In this document: one piece after another, positions 46,673-56,619 of the stretch
How positions within the stretch are numbered: position 1 is the stretch's first letter
Layout of the letters: each line of letters starts with the position of its first letter
Source: an uncultured Actinomycetota bacterium
Lineage (GTDB): Bacteria; Actinomycetota; Actinomycetes; JACCUZ01
NCBI GenBank assembly: GCA_963846525.1
Contig: CAWJWE010000004.1
Location: 5,097-69,096, forward strand
Direction: 5' to 3'
Length of the DNA: 64,000 bases
Notes under the pieces: generated by a model
Seen by the model: only the letters and a program-made list of their open reading frames with translations
The model's database searches: none
Told to the model about the DNA's origin: nothing
Program-made: the position numbers and the translations under genes

Positions 46673-47001
46673 CGCATCCGCCAGGCATCGGTCACGAGCT
46701 CGGCCAGTCGATCGACGTCCACCTCCGGCAGCCGCAGCATCACCAGCGGAGAGCCGTCGTAGCCGGAGGCGGTGAAGAACAGCGCCGGCTCACCGAGCAG
46801 CAACGCCTGCTTCTCGGCCTCGTCACCGACGAACAGCACCGCGACATCGGTCCGGATCAGCCGCCGCTGGCCGGGCCGGCGCTCGGGGTAGGACCAGACG
46901 AACCCCTTGTCGGCCACCCGGAAGTCGAAGCCTTCGCTCTCGATCTCCACCACGTGCGGGAGCGCCAGCGCCAGCCGCCGGACGTCGTCAGCGTCAGCCA
47001 T
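46654..47001 (-). CDS. MmcQ/YjbR family DNA-binding protein
   Basis: 115 aa: VRRLALALPHVVEIESEGFDFRVADKGFVW... Confidence 0.6.
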   Translation of the reverse strand: MADADDVRRLALALPHVVEIESEGFDFRVADKGFVWSYPERRPGQRRLIRTDVAVLFVGDEAEKQALLLGEPALFFTASGYDGSPLVMLRLPEVDVDRLAELVTDAWRMRQSTLR

Positions 47002-47010
47002 CGACCGCCG

Positions 47011-47364
47011 TCACGCCTGTCCCTGTGCCCGGCGTTGCCGCTTGCTCAGTGGCGCCTGCGACAGGTCCTCGGCCTGCGACTGGAGCAGCTTGAACCCGAG
47101 GCCCCGCTCGTCCAGCCACGCGCGGGCGGCCGCCTCGGCCCGCTCCGTCGCGACCGCCAGGTCCTCCTCGGTCTCCCCGGACTCGGCGAACCGGAAGGTG
47201 AAGAAGGGCCGCGCGGCGAGGTCGTAGCTGAGGTGCCCCTCCGGCGTGAACGCGGCGCTCAGAGCGTCGTGCTCGGCCGCACGGGCCAGCAGGTCCGCCC
47301 GCTGGTCGTCGGTGAGGTCCTTGAACTCGCCCCGGACCTTGATGCGGAAAGCGCGGGTGCTCAT
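47011..47364 (-). CDS. Hypothetical protein (DUF6204-like)
   Basis: MSTRAFRIKVRGEFKDLTDDQRADLLARAAEHD...; ATG at 47362-47364. Confidence 0.45.
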   Translation of the reverse strand: MSTRAFRIKVRGEFKDLTDDQRADLLARAAEHDALSAAFTPEGHLSYDLAARPFFTFRFAESGETEEDLAVATERAEAAARAWLDERGLGFKLLQSQAEDLSQAPLSKRQRRAQGQA

Positions 47365-47404
47365 CTCGTGACCGTAGCGAGCGGCTCCGACGGGGCGCCA
47401 GACC

Positions 47405-47908
47405 TCAGGGCAGCGGCCGCTCGAACCAGCGGACGTCCACCCACTGCCCGTGCTTGCGGCCGACCTCCCCGAAGGTCCCGAGGTCCCGGAAGCCAAAGCG
47501 CTCGTGCAGCCGCAGCGACGCGTCGTTCGGGAGCGCCACCCCGGCGTACGCGCGGTGCAGCCCCTCGCCGGCGAGCTCGGCGAGCAGCTCGCCGTACAGC
47601 GCCGAGCCGAGACCCCGGCCGACCACCCCCGGGTCGCAGTAGACCGTGGTCTCCACCGACGTCGCGTACCCGGGCTTGACCCGGAACCGGCTGCTGGTCG
47701 CGTAGCCCGCCACCGCGCCGTCCAGCTCGGCGACGAGCAGCCGGTGCGGTCCGGTGCCGGCGTAGTGGTCGAACCACTCGCGCCGCTGCTCGACCGTGAA
47801 CGGCTCGACGTCGAAGGTGACCATGGTGTGCTCGACGTAGTGGTTGTAGATCGAGGTGAGCGACGGGAGGTCGGCGAGCACCGCCGGCCGGACGTGCGCC
47901 GGGCTCAC
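47405..47908 (-). CDS. GNAT family N-acetyltransferase (phosphinothricin acetyltransferase-like)
   Basis: Acetyl-CoA motif VVGRGLGSALYGELL. Confidence 0.8.
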   Translation of the reverse strand: MSPAHVRPAVLADLPSLTSIYNHYVEHTMVTFDVEPFTVEQRREWFDHYAGTGPHRLLVAELDGAVAGYATSSRFRVKPGYATSVETTVYCDPGVVGRGLGSALYGELLAELAGEGLHRAYAGVALPNDASLRLHERFGFRDLGTFGEVGRKHGQWVDVRWFERPLP

Positions 47909-48303
47909 CGAGTGGCGGACTTGACCGCGAGCACCGGGCAGTCGACCCCGAGCAGGATCTGCTGCGAGGTGCTGCCGACGATCAGCTTCCCGACCGCGGT
48001 CCGCCGGCGGAGCCCGATCACGACCACCTCCGGGGACGTCTCGGCCGCGACCGCCAGCACCCCGTCGGCCGGGTCGGTGCCCGCGGGCAGCTGGCGGAGG
48101 TCGACCGCGATCCCGGCGTCGGTGAACCGGGCCGCCACCGCGTCCAGGCTCACCTCGGCGGAGAACGGCGAGTCGACCTGCTCCGCCGGCCGGGTCACGT
48201 TGACCACCACCGCGTCGGTGGAGCGGCGCCGGGCCTCGTCGACGGCTGCGGCCATGGCGGCGTCACCCTCGGGCGTGCGGATGTAGGCGAGCAGGACGGT
48301 CAC
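47905..48303 (-). CDS. Universal stress protein
   Basis: GTG at 48301-48303; C-terminal USP ATP-binding motif GLRRRTAVGKLIVGSTSQQILLGVDCPVLAVK. Confidence 0.7.
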   Translation of the reverse strand: MTVLLAYIRTPEGDAAMAAAVDEARRRSTDAVVVNVTRPAEQVDSPFSAEVSLDAVAARFTDAGIAVDLRQLPAGTDPADGVLAVAAETSPEVVVIGLRRRTAVGKLIVGSTSQQILLGVDCPVLAVKSATR

Positions 48304-48335
48304 GGCGACTCCACTCGATCGGGTCGGTACGTCGG

Positions 48336-49133
48336 TCAGAAGACCTCGAGCGTCGCACGCCGGCGGCTCTCCCACTCGAAGTACGCCAGCATGGCCATGC
48401 CGGCGACGACGTAGAGCACGCCGACCCCGACCTCTCGCGCCAGGTCGCCCCCGACCGAGCTCAAGCTCGCCCCGTCAGCGAGGGTGCGTGCCGCCGCGAT
48501 GCCGTGGGTGAGTGGCAGCCACGGCGACACCGAGGACATCCAGTCGGGAAGGGAGTCCAGCGGCACGTTGACCCCGCAGAACACCAGCAGCACCCCGAAG
48601 ATCACGTTCGCGAGCACGGCCGTCTCGCGCACCCGCAGTGCCAGCGCCGCGCCCACCAGGCCGAGACCGGTGCAGGAGAACGACGCGACCAGGCTCACCA
48701 GCACGATCGGCAGGTACGCCGAGGCCGGCACGTCGATGCCGAAGATGAGGCCGCCGACGACCAGCGAGAACAGCGCCACCAGCCAGCCGTTGAGGATCAC
48801 CGGCAGCGCCCGGCCCAGGAACAGCGGCACCCGCGGAGCGGGCGTGGACAGGATGATGCCCAGCGTCTTCTGCTGCCGCTCGTCGCCGATCGTGTTGCCC
48901 ATCGCGAACAGGCACGGGATCGCGGCGTACTGGATCGCGTTGCCGATGACGAAGTACTCGTCCGAGCCGATGCCGGCGTTGCGGCCGAGATAGGCGAACA
49001 GCAGGATCTGGGTGACCGGGCCCACCAGGAAGGTGGGGATCAGGATCCACGGCGTGATCCAGTGGAACAGCGCCCGGTAGCTGGTGATGCCACCGAGGAC
49101 GAAGATCCGGGTCGCGTTGGTCACCGACGTCAT
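48336..49133 (-). CDS. ABC-2 type transporter permease
   Basis: 265 aa, multi-TM, ATGA overlap with the upstream gene. Confidence 0.75.
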   Translation of the reverse strand: MTSVTNATRIFVLGGITSYRALFHWITPWILIPTFLVGPVTQILLFAYLGRNAGIGSDEYFVIGNAIQYAAIPCLFAMGNTIGDERQQKTLGIILSTPAPRVPLFLGRALPVILNGWLVALFSLVVGGLIFGIDVPASAYLPIVLVSLVASFSCTGLGLVGAALALRVRETAVLANVIFGVLLVFCGVNVPLDSLPDWMSSVSPWLPLTHGIAAARTLADGASLSSVGGDLAREVGVGVLYVVAGMAMLAYFEWESRRRATLEVF

Positions 49134-49909
49134 GACAGCGCCAGAGTGGCGTTCTGTCGCGCGGACCGCAGCACCGACTCGGCGGCGAGCACGCCGAGAC
49201 CGAGGTAGCCGGCCCCGATCAGCAGGCAGAGCCCCAGCTCGGGCAGCGGGTTGCCCCCCAGCGCCGACTCCCGGATGGCCTGGACACCCCAGGTCGGGGC
49301 CAGCAGCCAGGACAGCGGGCGCACCCAGTCGGGCAGGATGCCGATCGGCACCAGGAATCCGCAGACCAGCCACACCGGCAGCTCGAGCGAGCTGCCCAGC
49401 GCCCACGCGCTGCGGTAGCGCACCACGGTCACGCTGAGCAGGAAGCCCACCGCGCCCACCGAGACAACCGTCACGGGCAGCGAGAGCAGGAACAGCAAGG
49501 GGTACGCGACGCTCACCTCGATGCCGAACAGGAACCGACCCCAGAGCAGCGTGACGACCATGCTGGCCAGCCCGATGGTCGCCATCGCCACGGTGATCGG
49601 CAGCAGCACCAGCGGCATCGGCACCGGCGCGGCCACCAGCAGCTCGAGGGTGCCCTGCCAGCGTTCTCGCTGGACGACACCGCTGCCCGACGTGCTGACC
49701 GACGACCAGACACCCATCACGCTGGCGCCGACCGCGGCGTAGAGCAGCGTGCGGTCGTCGGCGGAGATCCGGTACATCAGGAAGGCGACGGTCGCGAAGA
49801 ACAGCGGCCAGAGGATGCCGAGGATCCCGTCGAAGGCCGAGCGCGACAGCATCTTGAGGTGGAACCACCAGCCGATCCCCAGCGTCCTGGCCACTTGTAT
49901 CGCGGTCAC
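49130..49909 (-). CDS. ABC-2 type transporter permease
   Basis: 259 aa, multi-TM, overlapping stops and starts on both sides. Confidence 0.75.
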   Translation of the reverse strand: MTAIQVARTLGIGWWFHLKMLSRSAFDGILGILWPLFFATVAFLMYRISADDRTLLYAAVGASVMGVWSSVSTSGSGVVQRERWQGTLELLVAAPVPMPLVLLPITVAMATIGLASMVVTLLWGRFLFGIEVSVAYPLLFLLSLPVTVVSVGAVGFLLSVTVVRYRSAWALGSSLELPVWLVCGFLVPIGILPDWVRPLSWLLAPTWGVQAIRESALGGNPLPELGLCLLIGAGYLGLGVLAAESVLRSARQNATLALS

Positions 49910-50874
49910 GCCGACCCCACCAGCTCGACGTAGGCGTCCTCGAGGGTCGGCTGCCGGGCGGCGACCCGGCCCAGCGCGACCCCGTCGAGGCAGCCGAGCA
50001 CCGGCTGGGTCACCTCCGCGCCCGGGTGGGCCCGCACGACAAGCACCTGCGCCTGGCCGCGTTCCTCGATCAGGGCCGAGCGCACTCCGGTCAACGCCTG
50101 GACCTGGCTGAGGGCTCCGTCGGCCGCGCCGAACACCTCGACCTCGACGACCGACCCCTCGCCCACCCGCGACTTCAGGTCGGCGGGCGTCCCTTCGGCC
50201 ACGATGCGACCGTCGGCGATGACCGCGATCCGGTCGCAGAGCTCGTCGGCCTCGAACATGTAGTGCGTCGTGAGCAGCACCGTCGTCCCGGCGTCGCGCA
50301 GACCGGCCACCGTGCCGCGCAGCTCGCGGGCGCCGACCGGATCGATCCCGATCGACGGCTCGTCCAGGAAGAGCACCTCGGGGCGGTGCAGCAGGCCGCG
50401 GGCGATGTGCAGTCGTTGCCGCATCCCCCGCGAGTACCCCTCGACCTTCTCCTTCTCCCGACCGGCGAGACCGACCAGCTCCAGCAGCTCGCCGATCCGC
50501 GCGCGCTGCTCGCGGGCGGGGACGCCGTACAGCTCGGCGAAGTAGCGCAGGTTGTCCAGTCCCGACAGCCGCTCGTAGAGACCCCGGTCGCCGCCGAACA
50601 CGTAGCCGACCCGGCGACGTACCTCTCGGGGCGAGGTCACCACGTCGTACCCGAGCACCCGCGCCGTGCCAGCCGTCGGTAGCAGCAGGGTGATCAGCAT
50701 CTTGATGGTCGTCGTCTTGCCGGCGCCGTTGGGCCCGAGCAGGCCGAACAGCTCGCCGCGCTCGACCGCGAAGTCGACCCCGCGGACCGCCTCGACCTCC
50801 TTGCTGGCGCTGCGCCAGGGGCTGACCCGGGTGCGGTAGGTGCGGCGCAGCCCGGTGACCTCGATGACCGTCAC
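49906..50874 (-). CDS. ABC transporter ATP-binding protein (DrrA-like)
   Basis: The GTG at 50872-50874 overlaps the VOC stop. Walker A GPNGAGKTT, signature YSRGMRQRL, Walker B LFLDEPSIGID. Confidence 0.85.
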   Translation of the reverse strand: MTVIEVTGLRRTYRTRVSPWRSASKEVEAVRGVDFAVERGELFGLLGPNGAGKTTTIKMLITLLLPTAGTARVLGYDVVTSPREVRRRVGYVFGGDRGLYERLSGLDNLRYFAELYGVPAREQRARIGELLELVGLAGREKEKVEGYSRGMRQRLHIARGLLHRPEVLFLDEPSIGIDPVGARELRGTVAGLRDAGTTVLLTTHYMFEADELCDRIAVIADGRIVAEGTPADLKSRVGEGSVVEVEVFGAADGALSQVQALTGVRSALIEERGQAQVLVVRAHPGAEVTQPVLGCLDGVALGRVAARQPTLEDAYVELVGSA

Positions 50875-51269
50875 TCGGCCAGCTCCTCGGCGGTCAGCGC
50901 GCGCAGCACGCACAGCTCGTTCCCGTCGGGGTCGGCGAGCACCACCCAGGACACGTCCGCGGCCTGCCCGACCGAGACCCGGCGGGCTCCGAGCCCCTCA
51001 AGACGCGCCACCTCGGCGGCCTGGTCGTCGGGGCGCAGGTCGATGTGCAGCCGGTTCTTCGTGGTCTTCTCCTCGGGGACCCGCAGGAAAAGCAGGTCCG
51101 GCGAGACACCGTCCGCAGGGCTGCCCTCCGGCGGCTCCAGCACGACCTCGTCGGCGGTGTCGTAGGTGCGCCGCCAGCCCAGCGCGGCCTCCCAGAACGG
51201 CGCGAGTCGCGCAGGATCGGTGGTGTCGACGCAGACGCACTGCCATCGGATGCTCATTGTCCGACCCAA
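50871..51269 (-). CDS. VOC (glyoxalase/bleomycin-resistance) family protein
   Basis: 132-aa ORF (TTG at 51267-51269, or the ATG 12 nt downstream) with LHIDL ... ADPDGNELCV. Confidence 0.7.
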   Translation of the reverse strand: MGRTMSIRWQCVCVDTTDPARLAPFWEAALGWRRTYDTADEVVLEPPEGSPADGVSPDLLFLRVPEEKTTKNRLHIDLRPDDQAAEVARLEGLGARRVSVGQAADVSWVVLADPDGNELCVLRALTAEELAE

Positions 51270-51326
51270 CCGGACGGCACCGACGATGTCGAACCGGTTC
51301 CGGCAGGGTCAGCCCTCGCTGACCGG

Positions 51327-51894
51327 TCAGCGACCGCCGTAGAGGAAGCGGCGGAACAGCCGGGTGATGCGCGGCATGACCAGCCAGGTCATCAGGCCGG
51401 TGAGGCTGCCGGAGAACACCAGGGTGCGGACGACCAGCGGCCAGTCCGACAGCAGGGGCAGCACGGTGAGGTTCATCAGCAGCACCAGCGGGATGATGGC
51501 CGCGAGGGTGACGAGGAACATCTTCCAGCGGGGCGGCGCGGGGGCCGTGCGCCCGGGCAGCGAGAACCAGGTCTCCAGTCCGGAGACACGTTCGACGCCG
51601 GTCTCCTCGCGCCAGGTCGTCGGCCTTGCGGAGCCATTCGGCCCGCTCGGGCGAGGTCTCCCACCGCTGCAGGGCTTCCGGGTCGGCGAACCGGTAGACC
51701 ACGTGCCAGTCCTGGTCGACGGTGTGCGGCCGGAGCACCCCGGAGCCGAGGAAGCCGGGGAAGCGGCAGGCAGCGCCGATGATGCCGTCGTACCACTGCT
51801 CGAACTCGCGCTCGCGGCCGACAGCGACTCGCCGCGCCACCGTGACGGTGACCGGTTCAGCGGTCTGGGACAGCAGGCTCATCTCCTCGTTCAA
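51327..51894 (-). pseudogene. ABM-fold (antibiotic biosynthesis monooxygenase-like) protein with C-terminal TM helices, one frameshift near 51615
   Basis: The N-terminal VTVARRVAVGREREFEQWYDGII...RWETSPERAEWLRKADDLAR is followed in another frame by EETGVERVSGLETWFSLPGRTAPAPPRWKMFLVTLAAIIPLVLL... Confidence 0.6.
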
Positions 51895-51947
51895 GCGTCC
51901 GGCCCGGCGTGCATCATCCCGCCGGGACCGGAGACGATGGTCACACC

Positions 51948-52746
51948 ATGCCCGAGGGAGACACCGTCTGGCTGGCCGGCCGCCGCCTGCACGACGCGCT
52001 GGCCGGTCGGCCGCTGACCCGCTCGGACTTCCGGGTGCCGCAGCTCGCCACGGCCGACCTCGCCGGACGCACCGTCACCGAGGTCGTGAGCCGCGGCAAG
52101 CACCTGCTGTTCCGCCTCGACGGGACGGCGGGCGACCCGCTGACCCTGCACACCCACTTCCGGATGGACGGGACCTGGCACCTGTACCGGACCGGCGAGC
52201 GCCGGCGCGGCGGTCCGGACTGGCAGGTGCGGGTGCTGCTGGAGAACGCCGACTGGCAGGCGGTCGGCTACCGGCTGCCGGTGGTCGAGCTGCTGCCGAG
52301 GGACGGCGAGGTCGACGCCGTCGGGCACCTCGGCCCGGACCTGCTCGGGCCGGACTGGGACCCGGCCGAGGCGGTCCGCCGGCTGGCCGCCGACCCCGAG
52401 CGCGGGAGATCGGTGCGGCCCTGCTGGACCAGCGCAACCTGGCTCGGGTATCGGCAATCTCTACAAGGCCGAGACCCTGTTCCTCGCCGGAGTGTCCCCA
52501 TGGCGGCCCGTCGGTGAGATCGACGACCTGGAGGCGGTCGTCCGGCGCGCTCGTCGGCTGTTGTGGATCAACCGCGAGCACCCCTGGCAGGTGACCACCG
52601 GGGTCAACCGGCGCGGCCACGAGCACTGGGTCTTCGAGCGCGCCGGCCGTCCGTGCCGTCGCTGTGGAGGGCCGATCCGGTCGGCCCGTCAGGGCGCTCC
52701 TCCGTACGACCGGATCACCTACTGGTGCCCGGGCTGCCAGCCGTAG
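51948..52746 (+). pseudogene. nei: Fpg/Nei family DNA glycosylase (endonuclease VIII-like), two frame disruptions
   Basis: The MPEGDTV catalytic N-terminus reads through ...AADPER. Then [gg] EIGAALLDQRNLA, then [cg] GIGNLYKAETLFLAGVSPW..., ending in the zinc finger CRRCGGPI...YWCPGCQ. Extra dinucleotides sit at 52404-52405 and 52445-52446. Confidence 0.8.
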
Positions 52747-53374
52747 CGGGTGGCGCAGCGCCGGGTGCGGGCGACCGCGGGTCGGCGGTGCCGTCCTTGG
52801 CCCGCCGTCCGGACAGCGCCACCACTGCCACCATCGTCACCAGGACCAGCGCACCCACCGTCAGCCACGGCGTGGCGCTGCTGCCGCCCGACGCCGCGCT
52901 GCTGGTGCCGGTCGGAGTGAACGACGCGGACAGGACCGTCCGAGTCGGCTTGCCGGCGACCACGTCGAACTCGCCAGAGGCGGACCCGCTGGTCGCGGAC
53001 GTCGCGGACACCACCAGCTGCCAGTGGCCGTCCGGCAGGTGCGCGGCAGACACGTACTCGCCCGCGACGCCGGGCCGTGGCCGGACCTGGAAGCTGCGGG
53101 TGCGTCCACCGCTGATGACCTCGGCGAGGACGTACTCCTCGACGACCGGCTGCCCGTCGCCCCGGTACACCACGAAGGCGTGCACGGTGGTGGAGCCGCC
53201 GGCGCCGTCGACGGCGAGCCGCACGACCGAGGTGCCGTCGTGCGCCGCGGCGGGCGGCACGGCGGCGAGGGCGGCCACGGCGGCCACGGTCAGGCCGGTG
53301 AGCAACCCCAGCAGGGCGCTCACCACTCGAGGCAGCGGCGCCGTTCTTGCACCGGCCCGGTCACCATGCGGCAT
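52715..53374 (-). CDS. Secreted, C-terminally membrane-anchored hypothetical protein
   Basis: A signal peptide ending AAVPPAAA-HDG, a beta-rich body, a Ser/Thr-rich linker and a C-terminal TM (WLTVGALVLVTMVAVVAL). Confidence 0.5.
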   Translation of the reverse strand: MPHGDRAGARTAPLPRVVSALLGLLTGLTVAAVAALAAVPPAAAHDGTSVVRLAVDGAGGSTTVHAFVVYRGDGQPVVEEYVLAEVISGGRTRSFQVRPRPGVAGEYVSAAHLPDGHWQLVVSATSATSGSASGEFDVVAGKPTRTVLSASFTPTGTSSAASGGSSATPWLTVGALVLVTMVAVVALSGRRAKDGTADPRSPAPGAAPPATAGSPGTSR

Positions 53375-53518
53375 GACGCCTCCCCCCTCGACACTCGCGG
53401 CCCGTCCCCGGCGAGGCCGTGACCTCCAGGATGCGGCCCGGGCGCGGGGGCAGGCAATGACTCGTTCGGCTCAGTCGATGCGGGCCGGAGGCCGGGTGTC
53501 CAGCCCGGAGAGTGCGAA

Positions 53519-53558
53519 CGCCCGTCCACACCCCCGTTGACGATGGGGTGGACGGGCG
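53519..53558 (-). terminator. Hairpin downstream of the clgR-like gene
   Basis: cgcccgtccacacccc / ggggtggacgggcg forms a 14-bp stem with one bulge, about 35 nt after the stop at 53593. Confidence 0.45.
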
Positions 53559-53592
53559 ACCGCTGAACAGGTCGTACCCGCGCAGCGGCGTG

Positions 53593-53889
53593 CTATGCGG
53601 CGACGTTGGTGACGTGCAAGGTCGGCGGCGCGGCGGCGGGCACCTCGGGCAGCATCTCGGCCAGCGCCAGGTTGTCGCTCACCTCGCGCAGCACCTCGGA
53701 CAGCGGGACGTCCAGCGCCTCGCAGATGGAGCCCAGCAGCTCGGAGGACGCTTCCTTCTGGCCGCGCTCGACCTCGGACAGGTAGCCCAGCGACACCCGG
53801 GCCGCACCGGAGACCTCGCGCAGGGTCCGGCCCTGGTCGCGGCGGCGCTCGCGAAGGACGTCGCCGAGCAGGCGGCGGAGCAGGATCAT
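53593..53889 (-). CDS. clgR: XRE-family HTH regulator, ClgR-like
   Basis: [52 protein letters not shown]..., in the conserved position next to cinA-pgsA. Confidence 0.8.
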   Translation of the reverse strand: MILLRRLLGDVLRERRRDQGRTLREVSGAARVSLGYLSEVERGQKEASSELLGSICEALDVPLSEVLREVSDNLALAEMLPEVPAAAPPTLHVTNVAA

Positions 53890-54005
53890 CGCGGACGCCC
53901 TCCCTTGTCGTGCCGATCTCTCGGCGATCTCCACCGTAGTCGGTGGGACGGTCGGCCGGGGTGCGCGACCCGCGCGCCCCGGTCCCGTGGAGTGTAACGC
54001 TGTAA

Positions 54006-54527
54006 TCACGGCGCTGCGTTCCCGGCGCCGACCAGGGCGTCCCGCAGCAGCGCCAGCGCGGCCCGCACCGCCGCCGCGCGGACCGCGGCCCGGTCGCCGG
54101 GAAGGTCCAGCCGGTCGGCGCGACCGCCGGCCGGGCCGGCGACGGCGAGGTGCACCTCGCCCGGCAGGTGACCGTCCTGCGGGTCCGGGCCGGCCACGCC
54201 GGTGGTCGCCAGCCCCCAGGTCGCGCCGAGCCGGGCCCGGACGCCGGCGGCCATCGCGGCGGCCACCTGCGCGTCGACCGGTCCCCGCTGCGCGAGCAGC
54301 CCGGCGTCGACCCCCACCAGCTCGGCCTTGAGGGCGGTCGCGTAGGCGACGACGCCGCCTCGGAAGGTCGCCGAGGCGCCTGGTACGTCGGTCAGCGCCG
54401 CGCCCAGCGCTCCCCCGGTCAGCGACTCGGCGACGGCCAGCGTCTCACCGCGGGCGAGCAGCAGGTCGTGGACCTCGACGGCCAGCGGGTGCAAGGTTCC
54501 CGGCGACGTCACCGTGACCGCCGACAT
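54006..54527 (-). CDS. cinA: CinA-family nicotinamide-nucleotide amidohydrolase (PncC domain)
   Basis: [15 protein letters not shown] motif; 173 aa. Confidence 0.8.
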   Translation of the reverse strand: MSAVTVTSPGTLHPLAVEVHDLLLARGETLAVAESLTGGALGAALTDVPGASATFRGGVVAYATALKAELVGVDAGLLAQRGPVDAQVAAAMAAGVRARLGATWGLATTGVAGPDPQDGHLPGEVHLAVAGPAGGRADRLDLPGDRAAVRAAAVRAALALLRDALVGAGNAAP

Positions 54528-54537
54528 CCGCGTGCGG

Positions 54538-55155
54538 TCACGGTCGCTGGGCGCGCCTGGCCCGTTTCAGGACGGTGCGCTCGGAGGTCCGGCGCAGCCG
54601 CACCGCGCGCGCCACGTAGTCGACGCCGGTCACCACCGTCACGACGACCGCGACGTACATGATGAGCAGCGCCAGGTCGTCCAGGACGCCGCCCAGCGGC
54701 AGGATGAGCAGGCCGATGCCCAGCGCCTGCAGCAGGGTCTTGACCTTGCCGCCGCGGCTGGCCGGCATCACCCCGTGCCGGATCACGAACAACCGCAGCA
54801 GGGTGATGCCGACCTCCCGCACGAGCACCACCACGGTGACCCACCAGGGCAGCTCGTCGAGCAGCGACAGCCCGATCAGCGCGGCGCCGATCAGCGCCTT
54901 GTCGGCGATCGGGTCGGCGATCTTGCCGAAGTCGGTGACCAGGCCGCGGCGCCGGGCCAGCTCGCCGTCGACCCGGTCGGTCACCGAGGCCACCGCGAAC
55001 GCGACGAAGGCCAGCACCCGCCATGCGGTGTCCTCACCGTCGTCGTGGAACAGCGCGACGAGGAAGACCGGCACCAGCACCATGCGCAGCACCGTCAGCG
55101 CGTTGGCGATGTTCCACGCGCTCGCCTGCGGTACGGCCGTCACCGGCAACGTCAC
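54538..55155 (-). CDS. pgsA: CDP-diacylglycerol--glycerol-3-phosphate 3-phosphatidyltransferase
   Basis: The GTG at 55153-55155 overlaps the rimO stop (GTGA). CDP-alcohol phosphatidyltransferase motif [27 protein letters not shown]. Confidence 0.85.
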   Translation of the reverse strand: MTLPVTAVPQASAWNIANALTVLRMVLVPVFLVALFHDDGEDTAWRVLAFVAFAVASVTDRVDGELARRRGLVTDFGKIADPIADKALIGAALIGLSLLDELPWWVTVVVLVREVGITLLRLFVIRHGVMPASRGGKVKTLLQALGIGLLILPLGGVLDDLALLIMYVAVVVTVVTGVDYVARAVRLRRTSERTVLKRARRAQRP

Positions 55156-56579
55156 CTCGCCACCAGGTCGGCACCCTCGCTGGCGACCACGGTCGCGGTC
55201 ACGACCTGCCCGACCCTCAGGTCCGCCGCCACCGAGCAGGGTGGTGGTGCCGTCGACCTCGGGACCCTGGTGCGCCGCCCGGCCCTCCGCGGTGCCGGCG
55301 TCGGTGTCGACCTCCTCGACGAGCACCTCGACGGTCTCGCCGATCCGCTCCTCCGCGCGCTGCGTGACCAGCTCGTCGGCCAGCCCGGTGATGCGCTCGA
55401 CGCGGTCGTGGACGACGTCCTCGGCGAGCTTGCCGGGAAGCGTGGCCGCCTCGGTGCCGTCCTCGTCGGAGTAGCCGAAGACGCCGACGACGTCGAGCCG
55501 CGCCTCGACCAGGAACCGCTCGAGCTCGGCGAGGTCGTCCTCGGTCTCGCCGGGAAAGCCGACGATCACGTTGGACCGGATGCCCGCCGGCGGGTGCCGC
55601 GGCGCGGACGGCGGCGACCAGCTCGAGGAACCGCTCGGTGTCGCCGAAGCGGCGCATCCGGCGCAGCACCGGGCCGCTCGCGTGCTGGAAGGACAGGTCG
55701 AAGTAGGGCAGCACACCGGGCGTGGTGGTCATCGCCTCGATCAGGCCAGGGCGCATCTCGGCCGGCTGCAGGTAGCTCACCCGGACCCGGTCGACGCCGT
55801 CGAGCGCGGCCAGCTCGGGCAGCAGCGACTCGAGCAGCCGCAGGTCGCCGAGGTCCTTGCCGTACGACGTGGAGTTCTCGCTCACCAGGACGATCTCGCG
55901 GACCCCCTGCCCGGCCAGCCAGGCCGCCTCGGCGAGCACCTCGTGCGGCCGCCGGGACACGAACGAGCCGCGGAAGGTGGGGATCGCGCAGAAGGTACAC
56001 CGCCGGTCGCAGCCGGAGGCGAGCTTCAGCGCCGCGGTCGGCCCGTCGCCGAGGCGCATCCGCAGCGGCTGCGGCCCGGAAGCAGGTGCCACCCCTACCG
56101 GCAGGTCGGGTCGCGCGGGGGTGTGTGCCGGCCGGCCGGTCGGCCGGGGCCAGCGGCAGCAGCCGTCGCCGGTCGCGGGGCACGTGCGGCACGTGCGCGT
56201 CGCCGTCGAGGATGCTGCCGAGCCGGGCCGAGATGTCGGCATAGTCGTCGAACCCCAGCACCGCGTCGGCCTCGGGCAGCGCTGCCGCGAGCTGCTCGCC
56301 GTACCGCTCGGCGAGGCAGCCGACCGCCACGACGGCCTGGGTGCGCCCGCCGCCCTTGAGGTCCGCGGCGGCCAGCAGGGTGTCGACCGAGTCCTTCTTC
56401 GCCGCCTCGACGAACCCGCAGGTGTTCACGACCGCGACGTCGGCGTCGGCGGCCTCGGGCACCAGCAGCCAGCCGTCGGCGGCGAGCCGGCCGGCGAGCT
56501 CCTCGGAGTCGACCTCGTTGCGGCCGCAGCCGAGGGTGACCAGCGCGACGCGCCGGCCCGTCGGGGCGGTGGGGGGCAT
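55152..56579 (-). pseudogene. rimO: Ribosomal protein uS12 methylthiotransferase RimO, about 3 frameshifts
   Basis: [16 protein letters not shown]... / ...[22 protein letters not shown]...[21 protein letters not shown]... / [16 protein letters not shown]...GTEA... / [24 protein letters not shown]-stop, with switches near 56110-56160, 55590 and 55238. Confidence 0.85.
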
Positions 56580-56619
56580 TGCGCCAGCCTAACCGCGGGC
56601 GGGACCGCGAACTGACGCG

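Noticed and set aside
54538-55716. A possible natural RimO-PgsA fusion protein
   Set aside because: The junction is 30 residues of junk produced by a frameshift. In the proper frame rimO terminates with a TRAM-like tail and a stop that overlaps the pgsA GTG.
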